From Coraliomargaritaceae bacterium (GTDB taxonomy: Bacteria; Verrucomicrobiota; Verrucomicrobiia; Opitutales; Coraliomargaritaceae), in the NCBI GenBank assembly GCA_965656495.1, contig CBFHKU010000005.1, forward strand, positions 102,853 through 166,852: a stretch of 64,000 nucleotides of DNA. The letters are read 5' to 3'. The stretch's first letter is position 1. Every line of letters starts with the position of its first letter. The position numbers and the translations under genes were made by a program. A model generated the notes under the pieces. The model saw only the letters and a program-made list of their open reading frames with translations, had not been told where the DNA came from and did not search any database. Positions 18,508 through 29,911 of this stretch are shown piece by piece.

Positions 18508-20862
18508 ATGTTTATCTTCAGGCTTCAAAACTATGTAGGCGTATTGCTACTTGCCTGTATGGGGTGGGTGATCACATTGCCCGCTCAATCTGAGCAAGCT
18601 GCCCTGCCGACCGTCGAGTCGATCGAAATTGAGTTTGAGGGGTTCCAATCTGTCAGTGACGGCTTTGTGATGGGTTTTGTTCAGCTGCGCGAGGGAATGG
18701 CTTACAGTTCGGTGCTCGCGGATCAGACGATTCACGCCTTGTATGCGACCAACCGGTTTGAGTTTGTTGAGATAAAGGTTGAGGACGGGGAGGGTGATGC
18801 CGTTAAGGTGATACTGCGTCTTGTTCCAAAATACACTTTAATGACAATCCGTTTTGAGGGCGCTAGTCGTTATTCTTACGACCGTCTCATGGAGAAGGCA
18901 GAGCTCACGGAGGGCGTGCCTTTGGACGAATATGCCATTGCGGCGGGTGCGCGGAAATTACAGGAATACTTTGTTGAAAAAAGTTACTCCGATTCCACGG
19001 TTGAGTACCGAATTGAAAAAGATGGGGAAAGCGGGTTCGCGACCGCGATTTTTGATATAAACCAAGCCCGTAAACTCCACATCAAATCGATCGAGTTTGA
19101 AGGCAATGCCGCAGTCAAGAGTAAGCATTTGCGTCGTGCTATGGAAATCAAGCGGCGGAACTGGATCTCCTGGCTTTCAGGTACAGGAAAGTTTATCGAG
19201 GCGGATTTCGAGGAGGACTTGGTGAATCTGCGCCAGAAGTATCTGGACGAGGGTTTTCTGGATGTGGAAATCAATGCTGACTCGGTCCGTTTTGATTATC
19301 CTCGGAAGAAGAAAATGACGATTACAATCCCAATCGTTGAAGGCGCCCCCTACTTTTTGGGTAATTTCTCGGTTGAGGGTTTAACGGTCTTTACGGAGGC
19401 GGAAGTGATGCGCATGGTGCGTCTCAATGCGGGCGACCGGTTTTCTCCCAGCATGGTCGATGCGGCTGCCGATGCGATTCAGGAATACTACACCTCGCGC
19501 GGCTATTTGAATACCTACGTGCGTGCGGAACGCATTTCGACAATGGAGAACCGCACCATCGATATAATTTTCCGGGTTCAGGAAAGTGAGAAATTTTACG
19601 TGGAATCCATCAATATTGAAGGCAACACCAAGACCAAGACCCGGGTGATCGTGCGGGAGTTGGCCTTGCGCCCGGCGGATGTCTTTGACCTCACCCGCAT
19701 GAAGACCAGTGAGCGCCGCCTGCAAAATACCCGTTTCTTCCAAGAGGTGCGATTGAATCCGGAAACTACCAATGTCCCGGGGCGCAAGGACTTGAATGTG
19801 ACGGTCAGTGAAGGGCACACCGGAAACCTGAGTTTCGGGATGGGCTTTGGTTCGGTGGAGAGTGCTCAGGTTTTCTTTGAGACGCGTCAGGGCAACTTCG
19901 ACCTGTTCAACCCTTCAAGTGGATTCCAAGGTGATGGACAGAAGTTCCGCCTGCGTTTCTCAATTGGTAATCGCAGTAATCAAGCCCTCTTGACTTTCGA
20001 GGAACCCTGGTTGTTTGAGCAGCGTCTTGCCTTTGGAGTGGAGTTGTTCCGGACAGAATCCGACTACCAAAGTAGTGACTATAATGAATTGCGCACTGGT
20101 TTTGAACTGTATTTCCGCCGTCGTCTCTTTGAATTGGTGGAGGGGCGCTTGTCTTACCGCCTCGAATTCGTCGATATTTTTGATGTAGCGGGCGATGGGG
20201 TTGACCCGAATGACAACGTGGCGGACGTCTTTCAGGCGGCGGAGGGCGAATCCACCGTGTCCAAGTTGGGGCTGACCTTCTTGCGTGACTCGCGTGATTC
20301 GGTGCTATTCACGCGGCGCGGCAACCGTACCACCCTTGAGACCGAACTCGCGGGACTGGGGGGCGATGTCAATTACCTGAAATTTGAGGGGCGCACCGCG
20401 CATTTCATCCCCACCTTTGAGACGCTGGAGCAAACCCTGTCGATTCTGGGTCGTCTGGGAACGGCGCTACCTTATGGTAATAGCGATACGATTCCGTTTT
20501 ATGACCGGTTCTATCTGGGTGGCCCGGAAACCTTGCGCGGTTTCGAATACCGCGATGTCGGGCCGCGCGATGAGGACGACCCCAGCGAGCCCGTTGGCGG
20601 TAACACCTACGGAATGCTTTCGTTTGAGTATGGTTTTCGGCTTGCGGAACCCTTTGGTATCGTTGCTTTCTATGATATGGGTTTTGTAAATAGTGAGGAT
20701 TTTGATTTCAATTTTTCAGATTATGCTTCTAACTGGGGAGTTGGAGCGAGAATTATGCTCATGGGTTCACCGCTCAAGCTGGATCTCGGTTTTCCAATGA
20801 ACGACCCAGCGGGTGACGCCGATGGCACACAATTTAATTTTTCATTTGGCACGCGCTTTTAA
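18508..20862 (+). CDS. bamA: Outer membrane protein assembly factor BamA
   Basis: POTRA repeats ([16 protein letters not shown]), [13 protein letters not shown], terminal FSFGTRF. Confidence 0.95.
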   Translation: MFIFRLQNYVGVLLLACMGWVITLPAQSEQAALPTVESIEIEFEGFQSVSDGFVMGFVQLREGMAYSSVLADQTIHALYATNRFEFVEIKVEDGEGDAVKVILRLVPKYTLMTIRFEGASRYSYDRLMEKAELTEGVPLDEYAIAAGARKLQEYFVEKSYSDSTVEYRIEKDGESGFATAIFDINQARKLHIKSIEFEGNAAVKSKHLRRAMEIKRRNWISWLSGTGKFIEADFEEDLVNLRQKYLDEGFLDVEINADSVRFDYPRKKKMTITIPIVEGAPYFLGNFSVEGLTVFTEAEVMRMVRLNAGDRFSPSMVDAAADAIQEYYTSRGYLNTYVRAERISTMENRTIDIIFRVQESEKFYVESINIEGNTKTKTRVIVRELALRPADVFDLTRMKTSERRLQNTRFFQEVRLNPETTNVPGRKDLNVTVSEGHTGNLSFGMGFGSVESAQVFFETRQGNFDLFNPSSGFQGDGQKFRLRFSIGNRSNQALLTFEEPWLFEQRLAFGVELFRTESDYQSSDYNELRTGFELYFRRRLFELVEGRLSYRLEFVDIFDVAGDGVDPNDNVADVFQAAEGESTVSKLGLTFLRDSRDSVLFTRRGNRTTLETELAGLGGDVNYLKFEGRTAHFIPTFETLEQTLSILGRLGTALPYGNSDTIPFYDRFYLGGPETLRGFEYRDVGPRDEDDPSEPVGGNTYGMLSFEYGFRLAEPFGIVAFYDMGFVNSEDFDFNFSDYASNWGVGARIMLMGSPLKLDLGFPMNDPAGDADGTQFNFSFGTRF

Positions 20863-20910
20863 CTCTACTATCTATTCAATTAATAAACCTCAGATTATAT
20901 AAAGATTATC

Positions 20911-21519
20911 ATGAAAAAAACAATAGTACTCGCTCTGGTAACGCTCATGGCGGCCGGTTTTAGTTACGCACAGGAAGCAAGCCGCGTTGGCACGGTCAAT
21001 ATGGAGCGCCTAATGAATGACTACGTGGACTACCAAAGTGCGGTGAAACGCGTGGAAGGTGCCGCCCAAACTGCTCAAGAAGAAGTGGATGCTTTTAAAG
21101 CCAAGTTAGGCTTGGACGCGGTTGAGGCAAAAGTTCAGGAGCTCCAGCAAACCGCTCAAAATCCTGCAACGGCAGACATCGCTCGTCAAAATGCCGAGAG
21201 CGAAGCTCAAAAACTGATCAATGAAAATCAGGATAAAATCCAGCAACTGAACGCTTACGGCACACAACTCCAGCAGCAAAACCAGCAAAACCGAAACCGC
21301 ATCCTCAATCCTTTCCAGTTGAAAATGCGTGAGGCCATCATTGAAGTGGCGAAAGACAAGGGTTTTGATTTGGTCGTACCCATTGCACCGCAGAAGGTCA
21401 CTGTTCCCGTCGATGAAGAAACCACTGAGGAATATAACGTCTTCATGGGGAATATCCTGTATGCCTCTGATAGCATTGAGATCACCGATTCGGTCATCGC
21501 AGTGCTCAACGCAGAGTAA
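20911..21519 (+). CDS. skp: Skp/OmpH periplasmic chaperone
   Basis: Signal peptide, VGTVNMERL, coiled coil, IEITDSVIAVLN; bamA-skp-lpxD synteny. Confidence 0.85.
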   Translation: MKKTIVLALVTLMAAGFSYAQEASRVGTVNMERLMNDYVDYQSAVKRVEGAAQTAQEEVDAFKAKLGLDAVEAKVQELQQTAQNPATADIARQNAESEAQKLINENQDKIQQLNAYGTQLQQQNQQNRNRILNPFQLKMREAIIEVAKDKGFDLVVPIAPQKVTVPVDEETTEEYNVFMGNILYASDSIEITDSVIAVLNAE

Positions 21520-21536
21520 CACAGATGCGTTTTTCT

Positions 21537-21570
21537 AAAACCCTGTTCTCGCCAAGAACAGGGTTTTTTC
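21537..21570 (+). terminator. Intrinsic terminator hairpin between skp and lpxD
   Basis: AAAACCCTGTTCT-CGCCA-AGAACAGGGTTTT followed by Ts. Confidence 0.75.
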
Positions 21571-21585
21571 TTTTAAAGACTCACC

Positions 21586-22626
21586 ATGCTTAGTTATTCC
21601 ATCGAACGTATTCTCGAGATAGTCGGGAAAGATGCCATGACAGTTGGCACTTACGACGGTGAGATCAATGGTATTGCATCACTCGCGGATGGCGATGCGG
21701 GGGATTTGTCTTTTTTGGGTAATGCGAAATACCGTAGTCAGGTGGCGGATTGCGGGGCCTCGGTACTGCTTTTGCCCAAGGACTATGAGGGTCAACCCAG
21801 GGACGCGCAGCTTTTCATCCTGCTGGAGAACCCCAGTTACGCCCTCGCTTTGATTTGCCGCGACATCGAAAACAATCTTTATCCCCGCCCTCCGGCTGGC
21901 ATCCATCCGACCGCGCATGTGGAGGATTCCGCAGTCGTGGATCCAAGCGCGAGCATTGGTGCATTTTGCTATGTTGCGGCAGGTGCTCAAATCGGGGCAC
22001 AGGCTGTTTTGGAAAACCATGTTTCGATCGGTCGCGAAGCGCGAATCGGGAAGGAATGTCATTTGTTTCCGCAGGTCACCGTAGCGGATCGATGCATCAT
22101 CGGTGAACGCAACCGCCTCCTCGCGGGCTGTGTGATCGGTGCGGATGGCTACGGTTATGCTCCGGTGGAGGGGCAGCACCAGCGTATACCGCAAATTGGG
22201 AATGTCGTCACTGAAGCGGATGTAGATATCGGAGCTAACAGTACGATTGATCGGGCACGTTTTGGAACCACTCGAATCGGGGCCGGCACTAAAATCGATA
22301 ATCTGGTACAGGTGGCGCACAATGTCACGGTGGGGAAGCATTGCCTCCTCGTTGCCCAATGTGGAGTCAGTGGGAGCACCGTCTTGGGTGACCGCGTCAT
22401 TCTCGCGGGGCAATCCGGCGTAACCGGGCATGTTAATATTGGTGATGGAACTTTGCTTTATGCGAAATCCGGCGCGATGCGTTCCACCGAACCCAACGAG
22501 AAAATTTCGGGCACGCATGGCCAGAATGCCAACCTAATGAATCGCATCTATGTGCTACAGCGAAAATTGCCGGAGCTCTTCAAAAGGTTTGAAGCGCTGG
22601 AAAAATTTGTAGAATCTCAAAAATAA
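21586..22626 (+). CDS. lpxD: UDP-3-O-acylglucosamine N-acyltransferase
   Basis: Hexapeptide repeats, IGADGYGY, IPQIG, IGANSTIDR, KIDNLVQVAHNV. Confidence 0.96.
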   Translation: MLSYSIERILEIVGKDAMTVGTYDGEINGIASLADGDAGDLSFLGNAKYRSQVADCGASVLLLPKDYEGQPRDAQLFILLENPSYALALICRDIENNLYPRPPAGIHPTAHVEDSAVVDPSASIGAFCYVAAGAQIGAQAVLENHVSIGREARIGKECHLFPQVTVADRCIIGERNRLLAGCVIGADGYGYAPVEGQHQRIPQIGNVVTEADVDIGANSTIDRARFGTTRIGAGTKIDNLVQVAHNVTVGKHCLLVAQCGVSGSTVLGDRVILAGQSGVTGHVNIGDGTLLYAKSGAMRSTEPNEKISGTHGQNANLMNRIYVLQRKLPELFKRFEALEKFVESQK

Positions 22627-22648
22627 TCACCACCATAAACCAAACTCT

Positions 22649-23593
22649 ATGAATTCACTCAAGATTTTCACCGGCAACTCGAATCCCGCCCTCGCAAAAA
22701 AAATATGTGATTATTTAGGTACCAGCTTGGGCGCCGCCACAGTAGAGAGTTTCCCGGATGGAGAGAGTTTTGTGCGGATTGATGAGAATATACGCGGGGC
22801 GGACGTCTTTATCATACAGTCCACCTGCAATCCTGCGAACCAGCATCTGATGGAACTCTTCATCATGATTGATGCCGCCCGCCGCGCCTCGGCAAAACGC
22901 ATCACGGCAGTGATTCCATTTTACGGCTACGCGCGGCAGGATCGCAAAGACCAACCACGGGTTCCGATTACCTCAAAACTGGTGGCCAATCTACTGGTGT
23001 CTGCCGGTGCCAACCGCATCCTGACGATTGACCTACACGCCCAGCAAATTCAGGGCTTCTTTGATATCCCGGTTGATCATCTTTACGCTTCCCCAGTGCT
23101 CTTCCAATATTTGAAAGACCTGGATCGCGACAACCTCACGCTCTTCTCGCCGGATGTGGGTGGAATGAAGATGGCCTCGGCCTATGCCAATCTCCTGAAG
23201 GTTCCGCTTGGGTTCATTGCCAAGCGCCGCACCGATGCCGAAACAGTGGAAGCAGTTTCTTTGGTGGGCGAAACGGAAGGTCGCGACATTTTATTGATCG
23301 ATGATATGACCGAAACTGCGGGTACGCTTTGTGCCGCCGCCGAGCTTTTGAAAAAGAACGGCGCCCGAAGTGTCATGGCAGCGGTCAGTCATGGAGTGCT
23401 GAATGAACGCGGCTATGAGCGCATCGGCAAGGGCTTGCTCAATCAGTTGATCACCACCGATTCAACCCCGATCGAGCAGCGCGATGACTTACCGATCACC
23501 GTCCTGAGCGTGGCGGAATTACTGGGAGAGGGTATCAACCGGATTCACAGCAATTCCAGTGTGACCGGCCTCTTTGATGTGAAGGGTTTTTAA
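22649..23593 (+). CDS. prs: Ribose-phosphate pyrophosphokinase
   Basis: FPDGE, PFYGYARQDRK, DLHAQQIQGFF, SPDVGG, IDDMTETAGT. Confidence 0.97.
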   Translation: MNSLKIFTGNSNPALAKKICDYLGTSLGAATVESFPDGESFVRIDENIRGADVFIIQSTCNPANQHLMELFIMIDAARRASAKRITAVIPFYGYARQDRKDQPRVPITSKLVANLLVSAGANRILTIDLHAQQIQGFFDIPVDHLYASPVLFQYLKDLDRDNLTLFSPDVGGMKMASAYANLLKVPLGFIAKRRTDAETVEAVSLVGETEGRDILLIDDMTETAGTLCAAAELLKKNGARSVMAAVSHGVLNERGYERIGKGLLNQLITTDSTPIEQRDDLPITVLSVAELLGEGINRIHSNSSVTGLFDVKGF

Positions 23594-23648
23594 TGGTTTG
23601 AAGAAGCAAGTTGCGGAACTTGCAATTTTTCAATTTGTCCTTAACTGA

Positions 23649-25118
23649 ATGAATAAAATTATGCGTCTATTAATCACATTATTATTGGCCGCAGCGATCA
23701 TGGTGGTCGCGCTCTGTGGCTCTGAGAATCCCCAACTGAACATTATTCCGGATGATCAGCCCGTTGCGGCGACGGAGGAAATCACAGTGGTTTCCTACGC
23801 TGATGTGCTGGAACGTGCGACTCCCTCGGTAGTGGCGGTTTACACGACCCGTCTGGAAACGGTGCGCAGCAGTCCTTTCTTTGGCCCCCGTGGCATGGAG
23901 GATATCTTTCGTCAGTTTGGAATGCCGGTACCCGATTCCGGTGGCACGCAGGAACGTGAGAGCACCGGGGTTGGTTCCGGGGTTATTATTTCAAAGGATG
24001 GTTATATTGTGACGAATCGCCATGTGGTCGCGGCGGAGCGGGGTCAAAAGATTGATGAAATCCGAGTCCGCTTGGCGGATGATCGCGAATTTACGGCGGA
24101 GTTGATCGGGGAAGACGCCAAGACCGATGTTGCGGTGCTTCGTATTGAGTCGGATGTCGATTTGCCTGCGATTCAAATCGCCAACAGCGACCTCCTGCGG
24201 GTGGGCGATGTAGTCTTTGCGATTGGCAACCCCCTCGAAGTGGGGCTCACCGCCACCAAGGGAATTGTCTCCGCCACCGGTCGCGATTCCCTCGATATCC
24301 TCGGTAAGGGGAGCTATGAAAATTTCATCCAAACCGATGCATCGATCAATATGGGTAATTCCGGCGGTGCCTTGATTGACGCTTGGGGTCGCTTGATCGG
24401 AATCAACACCGCGATTTTATCACGTTCGGGCGGCAGCATTGGCATCGGCCTCGCGATTCCCTCGAACCTCGCGATTGGTGTAGCACACAAACTGGTCAAT
24501 AGCGGCGAGGTGCAGCGCGGCTTACTTGGAATCATGCCGGGCGATTTGAATCAGAAACTCGCGGAATCCTTTGGTCTGGAATCAACCAAGGGTGCCATTG
24601 TTAATGAAGTGTATGAAGATACTCCCGCCGAGCGGGGCGGCCTAAAGCATGGCGATGTCATCATTGAAATTGACGGCGCTCCAATCGAATCGGCACGCCA
24701 ATTGCGATTGACGGTCTCACAAATGGCACCGGGTCGTGAGGTACAGGTAAAGGTGATTCGCGATGGCGAGGCCATGACCTTTCCCATTACGCTGGGTGAC
24801 TTGAACGGCACTGCTTCGAGCGGCAAGGCTGGCGCAAAGGAATTGCACGGGCTTGATTTGGAACCGGTCGATGATGAGCTACGGGAATCCGCCTCGATTC
24901 CGGACCGGATTCAAGGTCTATACGTGAAGTCCTTGGGTGCCCGTTCGCCCTTTGCAGACGTCCTGCGCCAGGGTGTGGTCATCATTGAGGCGAATGGGGT
25001 GCGGGTTAAAACCATCGAGGACTTTATGGAAAACCTACGGGTGGGCATCAACCGTCTCTACGTTTGGTATCGTGGCAGCTTTGTTCACGTCGGCGTTCGC
25101 CTTAATGAAGAGGACTAA
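23649..25118 (+). CDS. DegP/DegQ (HtrA) serine endoprotease with PDZ domains
   Basis: GSGVII, TNRHV, TDVAVL, QTDASINMGNSGG, PDZ. Confidence 0.95.
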   Translation: MNKIMRLLITLLLAAAIMVVALCGSENPQLNIIPDDQPVAATEEITVVSYADVLERATPSVVAVYTTRLETVRSSPFFGPRGMEDIFRQFGMPVPDSGGTQERESTGVGSGVIISKDGYIVTNRHVVAAERGQKIDEIRVRLADDREFTAELIGEDAKTDVAVLRIESDVDLPAIQIANSDLLRVGDVVFAIGNPLEVGLTATKGIVSATGRDSLDILGKGSYENFIQTDASINMGNSGGALIDAWGRLIGINTAILSRSGGSIGIGLAIPSNLAIGVAHKLVNSGEVQRGLLGIMPGDLNQKLAESFGLESTKGAIVNEVYEDTPAERGGLKHGDVIIEIDGAPIESARQLRLTVSQMAPGREVQVKVIRDGEAMTFPITLGDLNGTASSGKAGAKELHGLDLEPVDDELRESASIPDRIQGLYVKSLGARSPFADVLRQGVVIIEANGVRVKTIEDFMENLRVGINRLYVWYRGSFVHVGVRLNEED

Positions 25119-25127
25119 AGTCTTCGC

Positions 25128-26216
25128 CTAGGCCGCACCCACGCTTTGCCATAGCGCTTCTATCACGGCGGTTTCGACCCCCTCGGTCGTTACCGCCTCA
25201 CCCACTGCCTGAAGGCTTACAAACCGCAGGGAACCGCTGCGGTTTTTCTTGTCTCGTTGCATGGCGGCAAGGAGGGCGCTGGTCTTGAGTGGTGATTTCA
25301 GGTGCACCGGCAAGGCATGCGTCTCCAGTAGCTGAATCACGCGCTCGACCCAGGACGCCTCAAGCTGACCCAATTCTACGGACAGGCGCGTCGCGAGTAC
25401 CAGACCGATGGCGACCGCTTCCCCGTGCAGGTAATCGCCATAACCGGCGGCGTTTTCAATAGCGTGGGCAAAGGTATGACCGAGGTTCAGGAGGGCACGA
25501 CCCCCGCTCGCGGCGGTTTCGGTTTCGTCGTCGATCACGATTTGGGCCTTCAGTTCGCAGCAGCGTCGGATGATGGCGGGCAGTGCCTCTGATTGAGGGC
25601 TCAGTGCGCCCAGCGTTTCCAATTCATCGAAGAAGGCGCGGTCCGCCAAGAGACCGTATTTAATGACCTCTGCCATACCTGCCGCAAATTCCCGTGCGGG
25701 CAGGCTTCCCAGAAGTTCGGTATCAACAAAGACGGCCTTCGGTTGCCAGAACGCCCCCACCAGGTTTTTGCCCTCGGCCAGGTTGATGCCGGTTTTTCCG
25801 CCTACCGAACTGTCCACCATTGCGAGCAGGCTCGTAGGGATTTGGTAGAAATCAATCCCGCGCAGATAGCTGGCGGCAACAAATCCCGCGAGGTCGCCGA
25901 TCACGCCCCCGCCAAAGGCGAAGACGACGCTGTCGCGGTTGCGATTACCCTGTGCGAGAAAGCTCAGCGCAGTGGCGTAGGGCTCGACGGACTTCGTGTT
26001 CTCACCAGCGGGAAGGCTCAGGATTTCATCTTGGGTGAAGCCTGCCGCTTTCAAGTAATCGGCGCGGCTCGCGAGGAGGTTCGCATCGCAGAGGACGCAA
26101 ACGGCGCGCTGGGCTTGTCTTAATTCCGAGAGGGTCGCGCTGAGCGCCTTTGAACTGTCAGTGAAATGGATGGGGTAGGCGCGGTCGCCGAGGGCTACGG
26201 TTAGGGCTTCATTCAT
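25128..26216 (-). CDS. aroB: 3-dehydroquinate synthase
   Basis: GGGVIGDLAGF, PTSLLAMVDSSVGGKTG, LNLGHTFAHAIE, HGEAVA. Confidence 0.97.
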   Translation of the reverse strand: MNEALTVALGDRAYPIHFTDSSKALSATLSELRQAQRAVCVLCDANLLASRADYLKAAGFTQDEILSLPAGENTKSVEPYATALSFLAQGNRNRDSVVFAFGGGVIGDLAGFVAASYLRGIDFYQIPTSLLAMVDSSVGGKTGINLAEGKNLVGAFWQPKAVFVDTELLGSLPAREFAAGMAEVIKYGLLADRAFFDELETLGALSPQSEALPAIIRRCCELKAQIVIDDETETAASGGRALLNLGHTFAHAIENAAGYGDYLHGEAVAIGLVLATRLSVELGQLEASWVERVIQLLETHALPVHLKSPLKTSALLAAMQRDKKNRSGSLRFVSLQAVGEAVTTEGVETAVIEALWQSVGAA

Positions 26217-27147
26217 GACTGGCTACGGGTTCTTCGAGGCCAAAGATGGCATCGGTATAGTTTTTGATTGAAAAGGGCTGGAGGTCGTCGGCTTGCTCAC
26301 CGAGTCCGACAAAGAAGATGGGGAGCTTCAGGGCGCGATAAATACCCACGAGGGCGCCACCGCGGCTGGTGCCGTCCAACTTTGTAATGATGAGCCCCGT
26401 TAGCGGAAAGCTTTCATTGAATACTTTCGCCTGTTCGATGGAATTGGTGCCGAGGCTACCGTCCACCACAAGCCAACTGTGGTGCGGGGCTTCCGGATCC
26501 TGTTTGCGAATGACGCGGTTGAACTTCTCCAATTCCTTCATGAGGTTACCCTTGGTGTGGAGGCGTCCGGCGGTATCGAGAATGAGAGGGTTGCGGGCGC
26601 GGCTTTGGGCGGCGGCGTAGGCGTCATAAGCCACTGCGGCGGCGTCGGCGCCGTGTTGGCTGGCGACGAGCTCGATCTTGAGTTTCTCCGACCAATATTT
26701 GATTTGCTCGTTGGCAGCGGCGCGAAAGGTGTCGCAGGCTCCCAGGAGCGGTTGGTAACCCTCCTGTTGGTAGCGGTGGCCCAATTTGGCGGCGGTGGTG
26801 GTTTTGCCGGAACCATTGACCCCCACGAGGGCGATGACCTCCGGTTGATGCGCGCCCAGATTTACCGAGCCTTCTGCGCCCTCAAGCACCCGACTGAGCA
26901 CCTCCGCTCCAATGCGGGCCGCCGATTCGCTGCGGAGTTCCTTGTCGGATTGATAGGCGGCTTGAATCGCGCCCATGATTTCCTCGACCGTTTCGACTCC
27001 GAAATCGGCGGTGTAGAGGGTTTCTTCGAGGGAATCGAGGGCTTCCGCGTCCATGCGCGGACCGGAAAAAACGCGCTCAAAGGCTTTGTGAAAAGTGGGG
27101 GTGTGCTTCTTGAACCCTTCCTTGAATTTTTTGAAACGGCTGAGCAT
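26209..27147 (-). CDS. ftsY: Signal recognition particle receptor
   Basis: GVNGSGKTTT, DTFRAAA, DTAGR, TKLDG, GLGE. Confidence 0.97.
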   Translation of the reverse strand: MLSRFKKFKEGFKKHTPTFHKAFERVFSGPRMDAEALDSLEETLYTADFGVETVEEIMGAIQAAYQSDKELRSESAARIGAEVLSRVLEGAEGSVNLGAHQPEVIALVGVNGSGKTTTAAKLGHRYQQEGYQPLLGACDTFRAAANEQIKYWSEKLKIELVASQHGADAAAVAYDAYAAAQSRARNPLILDTAGRLHTKGNLMKELEKFNRVIRKQDPEAPHHSWLVVDGSLGTNSIEQAKVFNESFPLTGLIITKLDGTSRGGALVGIYRALKLPIFFVGLGEQADDLQPFSIKNYTDAIFGLEEPVASHE

Positions 27148-27156
27148 GGCTGGGGA

Positions 27157-27618
27157 CTAATCGGCTGCTTTGCGCAAGGGGCGGTCGATCTTGTTCTTCA
27201 TGCGATCGAGGAGGCCGTTGATGAAGCGCTTGGAATCGGGGTTTGAGAAATCCTTACCGAGGTCAATGGCTTCATTGATGGTGACGATGGGGGGGATGTC
27301 GCTGCGGTGCAGGAGTTCATAAATCGCGAGGCGCAGAATGGAGAGGTCGACTTTGGCAATGCGCTTGAAATCCCAGTTTTCAGCGAGTTCGACGATCTCC
27401 TGATCCAAGGCATCAATGACCCGAATGACGCCGTGGATTAATTCTTCGGCAAAGGCGTAGTAGTCGCGTTTATGATCGCGATCCTCGAGGAAAGTCGCGA
27501 CCGCGTCGTTCAATTCCTCGGGTTTGTTGAGTTCCCATTGGTAAAGGAATTGAATGGTGGCGATGCGATTTTCGCGGCGCTGCGAGGGTTTTTTTACGGT
27601 TGGTTCGTTGTTTTCCAT
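27157..27618 (-). CDS. nusB: Transcription antitermination factor NusB
   Basis: QFLYQ, WDFKRIAKVDLSILRLA, INEAIDL, FINGLLD. Confidence 0.96.
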   Translation of the reverse strand: MENNEPTVKKPSQRRENRIATIQFLYQWELNKPEELNDAVATFLEDRDHKRDYYAFAEELIHGVIRVIDALDQEIVELAENWDFKRIAKVDLSILRLAIYELLHRSDIPPIVTINEAIDLGKDFSNPDSKRFINGLLDRMKNKIDRPLRKAAD

Positions 27619-28073
27619 ATGGATTTAAGGTGTGCCATTTCGAGGGCCGCTTTGGCGAATTCGCGGCCCCGGTTCAGGGAACCCCGGCAGCGCGCCTCGG
27701 CCTGTTCCGGATTTTCGACTACGAGGATGCCGTTGATGACCGGAACCCCGGTTTGAATGCTGATTTGATGGAGGGACGCAGCGGTGCTTTCTCCGATGAG
27801 GTGATGGTGTTGGGTATCGCCCGCGAGCACAAGGCCAAGCGCGATGACGGCATCGTATTTGCCGGAGCTCGCGAGGAGGTTCGCGGCGTAGGGCAATTCA
27901 TTGGAACCCGGGACACGGATGATCTCCGGCTCGGGGGCCTTGAACTCGGCGAGGGTAAGGGTGGCGTTTTGAAGGAGCGACGCGACCAGGTTTTCGTTAA
28001 AGCGCGCTGCAGCGATGCCGACATGCAGGTCATGTCCTTCAATGGATAGCTCACTTGGGTGGTGCTGGCTCAT
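27594..28073 (-). CDS. ribH: 6,7-dimethyl-8-ribityllumazine synthase
   Basis: ARFNE, VPGSNELP, IALG...GDT.H, PVINGIL; likely start is ATG 28073. Confidence 0.94.
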   Translation of the reverse strand: MSQHHPSELSIEGHDLHVGIAAARFNENLVASLLQNATLTLAEFKAPEPEIIRVPGSNELPYAANLLASSGKYDAVIALGLVLAGDTQHHHLIGESTAASLHQISIQTGVPVINGILVVENPEQAEARCRGSLNRGREFAKAALEMAHLKSIWKTTNQP

Positions 28074-28173
28074 ACTGCAACCATACAGGTCAGAAGCGTT
28101 GCCAATGGCAAGAGCGGGTTTTAGGTGGATTCCGTTATCGACCTGCGGCAGGAGATCGCACAAACCTTTAAAT

Positions 28174-29289
28174 ATGTTCAAACTAGGGGCAAAAAGCGGT
28201 GATGCGCGGTGCGGGATCTTATCCACCCGGCACGGGGAGATTCAGACTCCGATTTTCATGCCGGTCGGTACGCAGGCGACGGTGAAGGGCGTGACCCCGG
28301 AGCAATTGGAAGCGATCGATGCGCAGATCATTTTGGGAAACACCTATCATTTGAACCTGCGCCCGGGCTCGGGTTTGGTGCAGGAAATGGGCGGGCTGCA
28401 TCGTTTTATGGGCTGGAATAAACCTATCCTTACTGACAGTGGCGGCTTTCAGGTATTCAGCCTCTCCGAATTGCGCAAGGTGCGGGAAGACGGCATCGAA
28501 TTCCGTTCGCATCTGGATGGCGCACCGCTTTTTCTGGGGCCGGAATCCTGTTATCGGATTCAGGCGGAACTGGGGACCGATATTGCGATGGTGCTGGATG
28601 AATGCCCGCCCTTTCCCTGTGAACGGGACGCCTGCGCCGCGGCGGTCAAACGAACCGTTCGTTGGGCGGGGGAATTTTTAGAGCATGCGCGCCGCGATGG
28701 TTTTCTCGAGCGCGGGCATCATGTCTTTGGGATCATCCAGGGTTCGACTTTCGACGACTTGCGACAGGAGTGCGGCACCGCGCTCGCCGGGATGGATTTC
28801 CCAGGTTACGCGGTGGGGGGCGTCAGTGTCGGTGAGCCGGAGGAGGAAATGTTGCGGCAGGTGTCAATTTGCGCACCGGTTATGCCGCTGGACAGGCCGC
28901 GCTATGTCATGGGGGTGGGCACGCCGCCCCAGTTATTGAAAATGATCGGGATGGGGATGGATATGTTTGATTGCGTGATGCCGACGCGCTTGGCGCGCCA
29001 TGCGAATGTCTTCACACCCAACGGCCTGATCAATCTCAAGAACGAGCGTTTTAAGCATGACGCCGCCCCCATCATGGAGGCGAACAATTATACCTGTCGC
29101 CATTTCAGCCGCGCCTATCTGCGCCACTTGATTATGGCAAAGGAACTCCTCGCATCCACTTTGCTATCCATCCACAACCTGCATTTCTACCTCGATTTAA
29201 TGGCGCAGGCGCGGGCACACATTGAGGCGGGGGATTACGGGCAATGGAGCGCTGCGTGGATCGCGCGTTACGAAGCGGGCGAAGCGTAA
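28174..29289 (+). CDS. tgt: tRNA-guanine transglycosylase
   Basis: TPIFMPVGT, NTYHL, TDSGGFQ, FDCVMPTR, HNL; likely start is ATG 28174. Confidence 0.97.
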   Translation: MFKLGAKSGDARCGILSTRHGEIQTPIFMPVGTQATVKGVTPEQLEAIDAQIILGNTYHLNLRPGSGLVQEMGGLHRFMGWNKPILTDSGGFQVFSLSELRKVREDGIEFRSHLDGAPLFLGPESCYRIQAELGTDIAMVLDECPPFPCERDACAAAVKRTVRWAGEFLEHARRDGFLERGHHVFGIIQGSTFDDLRQECGTALAGMDFPGYAVGGVSVGEPEEEMLRQVSICAPVMPLDRPRYVMGVGTPPQLLKMIGMGMDMFDCVMPTRLARHANVFTPNGLINLKNERFKHDAAPIMEANNYTCRHFSRAYLRHLIMAKELLASTLLSIHNLHFYLDLMAQARAHIEAGDYGQWSAAWIARYEAGEA

Positions 29290-29290
29290 T

Positions 29291-29911
29291 TCAGGGCAGG
29301 ACGAAATCGGTTTCGTGCTGCAGCCAGTTGCAAATCGATTCGGTGAGGGCAATGGCGGTTTTAATTTTGTCCTCGCTCGCCTCCTCGGGGGTGGGTTGAT
29401 TGAGCAGTTCTGTTGCGGGGGTTTTGAGACCAGCGGCAAGTTGCGGCCACCAGGATTCGCGGACGGGGTAGCCCTCGGCCTGTAGAAGACGGTAGAGACT
29501 TTTGAGGTGTACGATTTCCGGATAGGGGCGCTCGGCGAAGGCATCGAGGCTTTGCTCGGTCAGTTGAAAGAGGAGGGGATAGTCGCCCATGAGGGGAGCG
29601 TTACGGGCAATGAGCTTCACGAATTCCGAGGCGCAACGGAGGGTGCGGTAAGAAGTCCCGAGTTGGCTGCGGCGATGGAGGGTGCGGTAATCGCGCACAA
29701 AGCGGGTGTTTCCGTTGCGGGCGGTTTCGAGTTCGATCTCGGCGGTATCGAAGAGGTCGGGGGCGTTCTTGAGGGGGTTCTTTTTGGAGGCGCGTTTCAA
29801 GCACATGAAGCAACCGGACTCTGCGGAGAGCGCAGTGATTTTCTGATAGGATTCCCCGGAGGGGGCGAGGCTTAGGACGAGGGCCTGTTCGCTGGCGGCG
29901 GGTTGGCTCAC
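29291..29911 (-). CDS. RecO-like DNA repair protein (divergent)
   Basis: N-terminal OB-like pattern (LVL...GES...ITALSAESG, DLFDTAEIEL) followed by a helical region. Confidence 0.6.
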   Translation of the reverse strand: MSQPAASEQALVLSLAPSGESYQKITALSAESGCFMCLKRASKKNPLKNAPDLFDTAEIELETARNGNTRFVRDYRTLHRRSQLGTSYRTLRCASEFVKLIARNAPLMGDYPLLFQLTEQSLDAFAERPYPEIVHLKSLYRLLQAEGYPVRESWWPQLAAGLKTPATELLNQPTPEEASEDKIKTAIALTESICNWLQHETDFVLP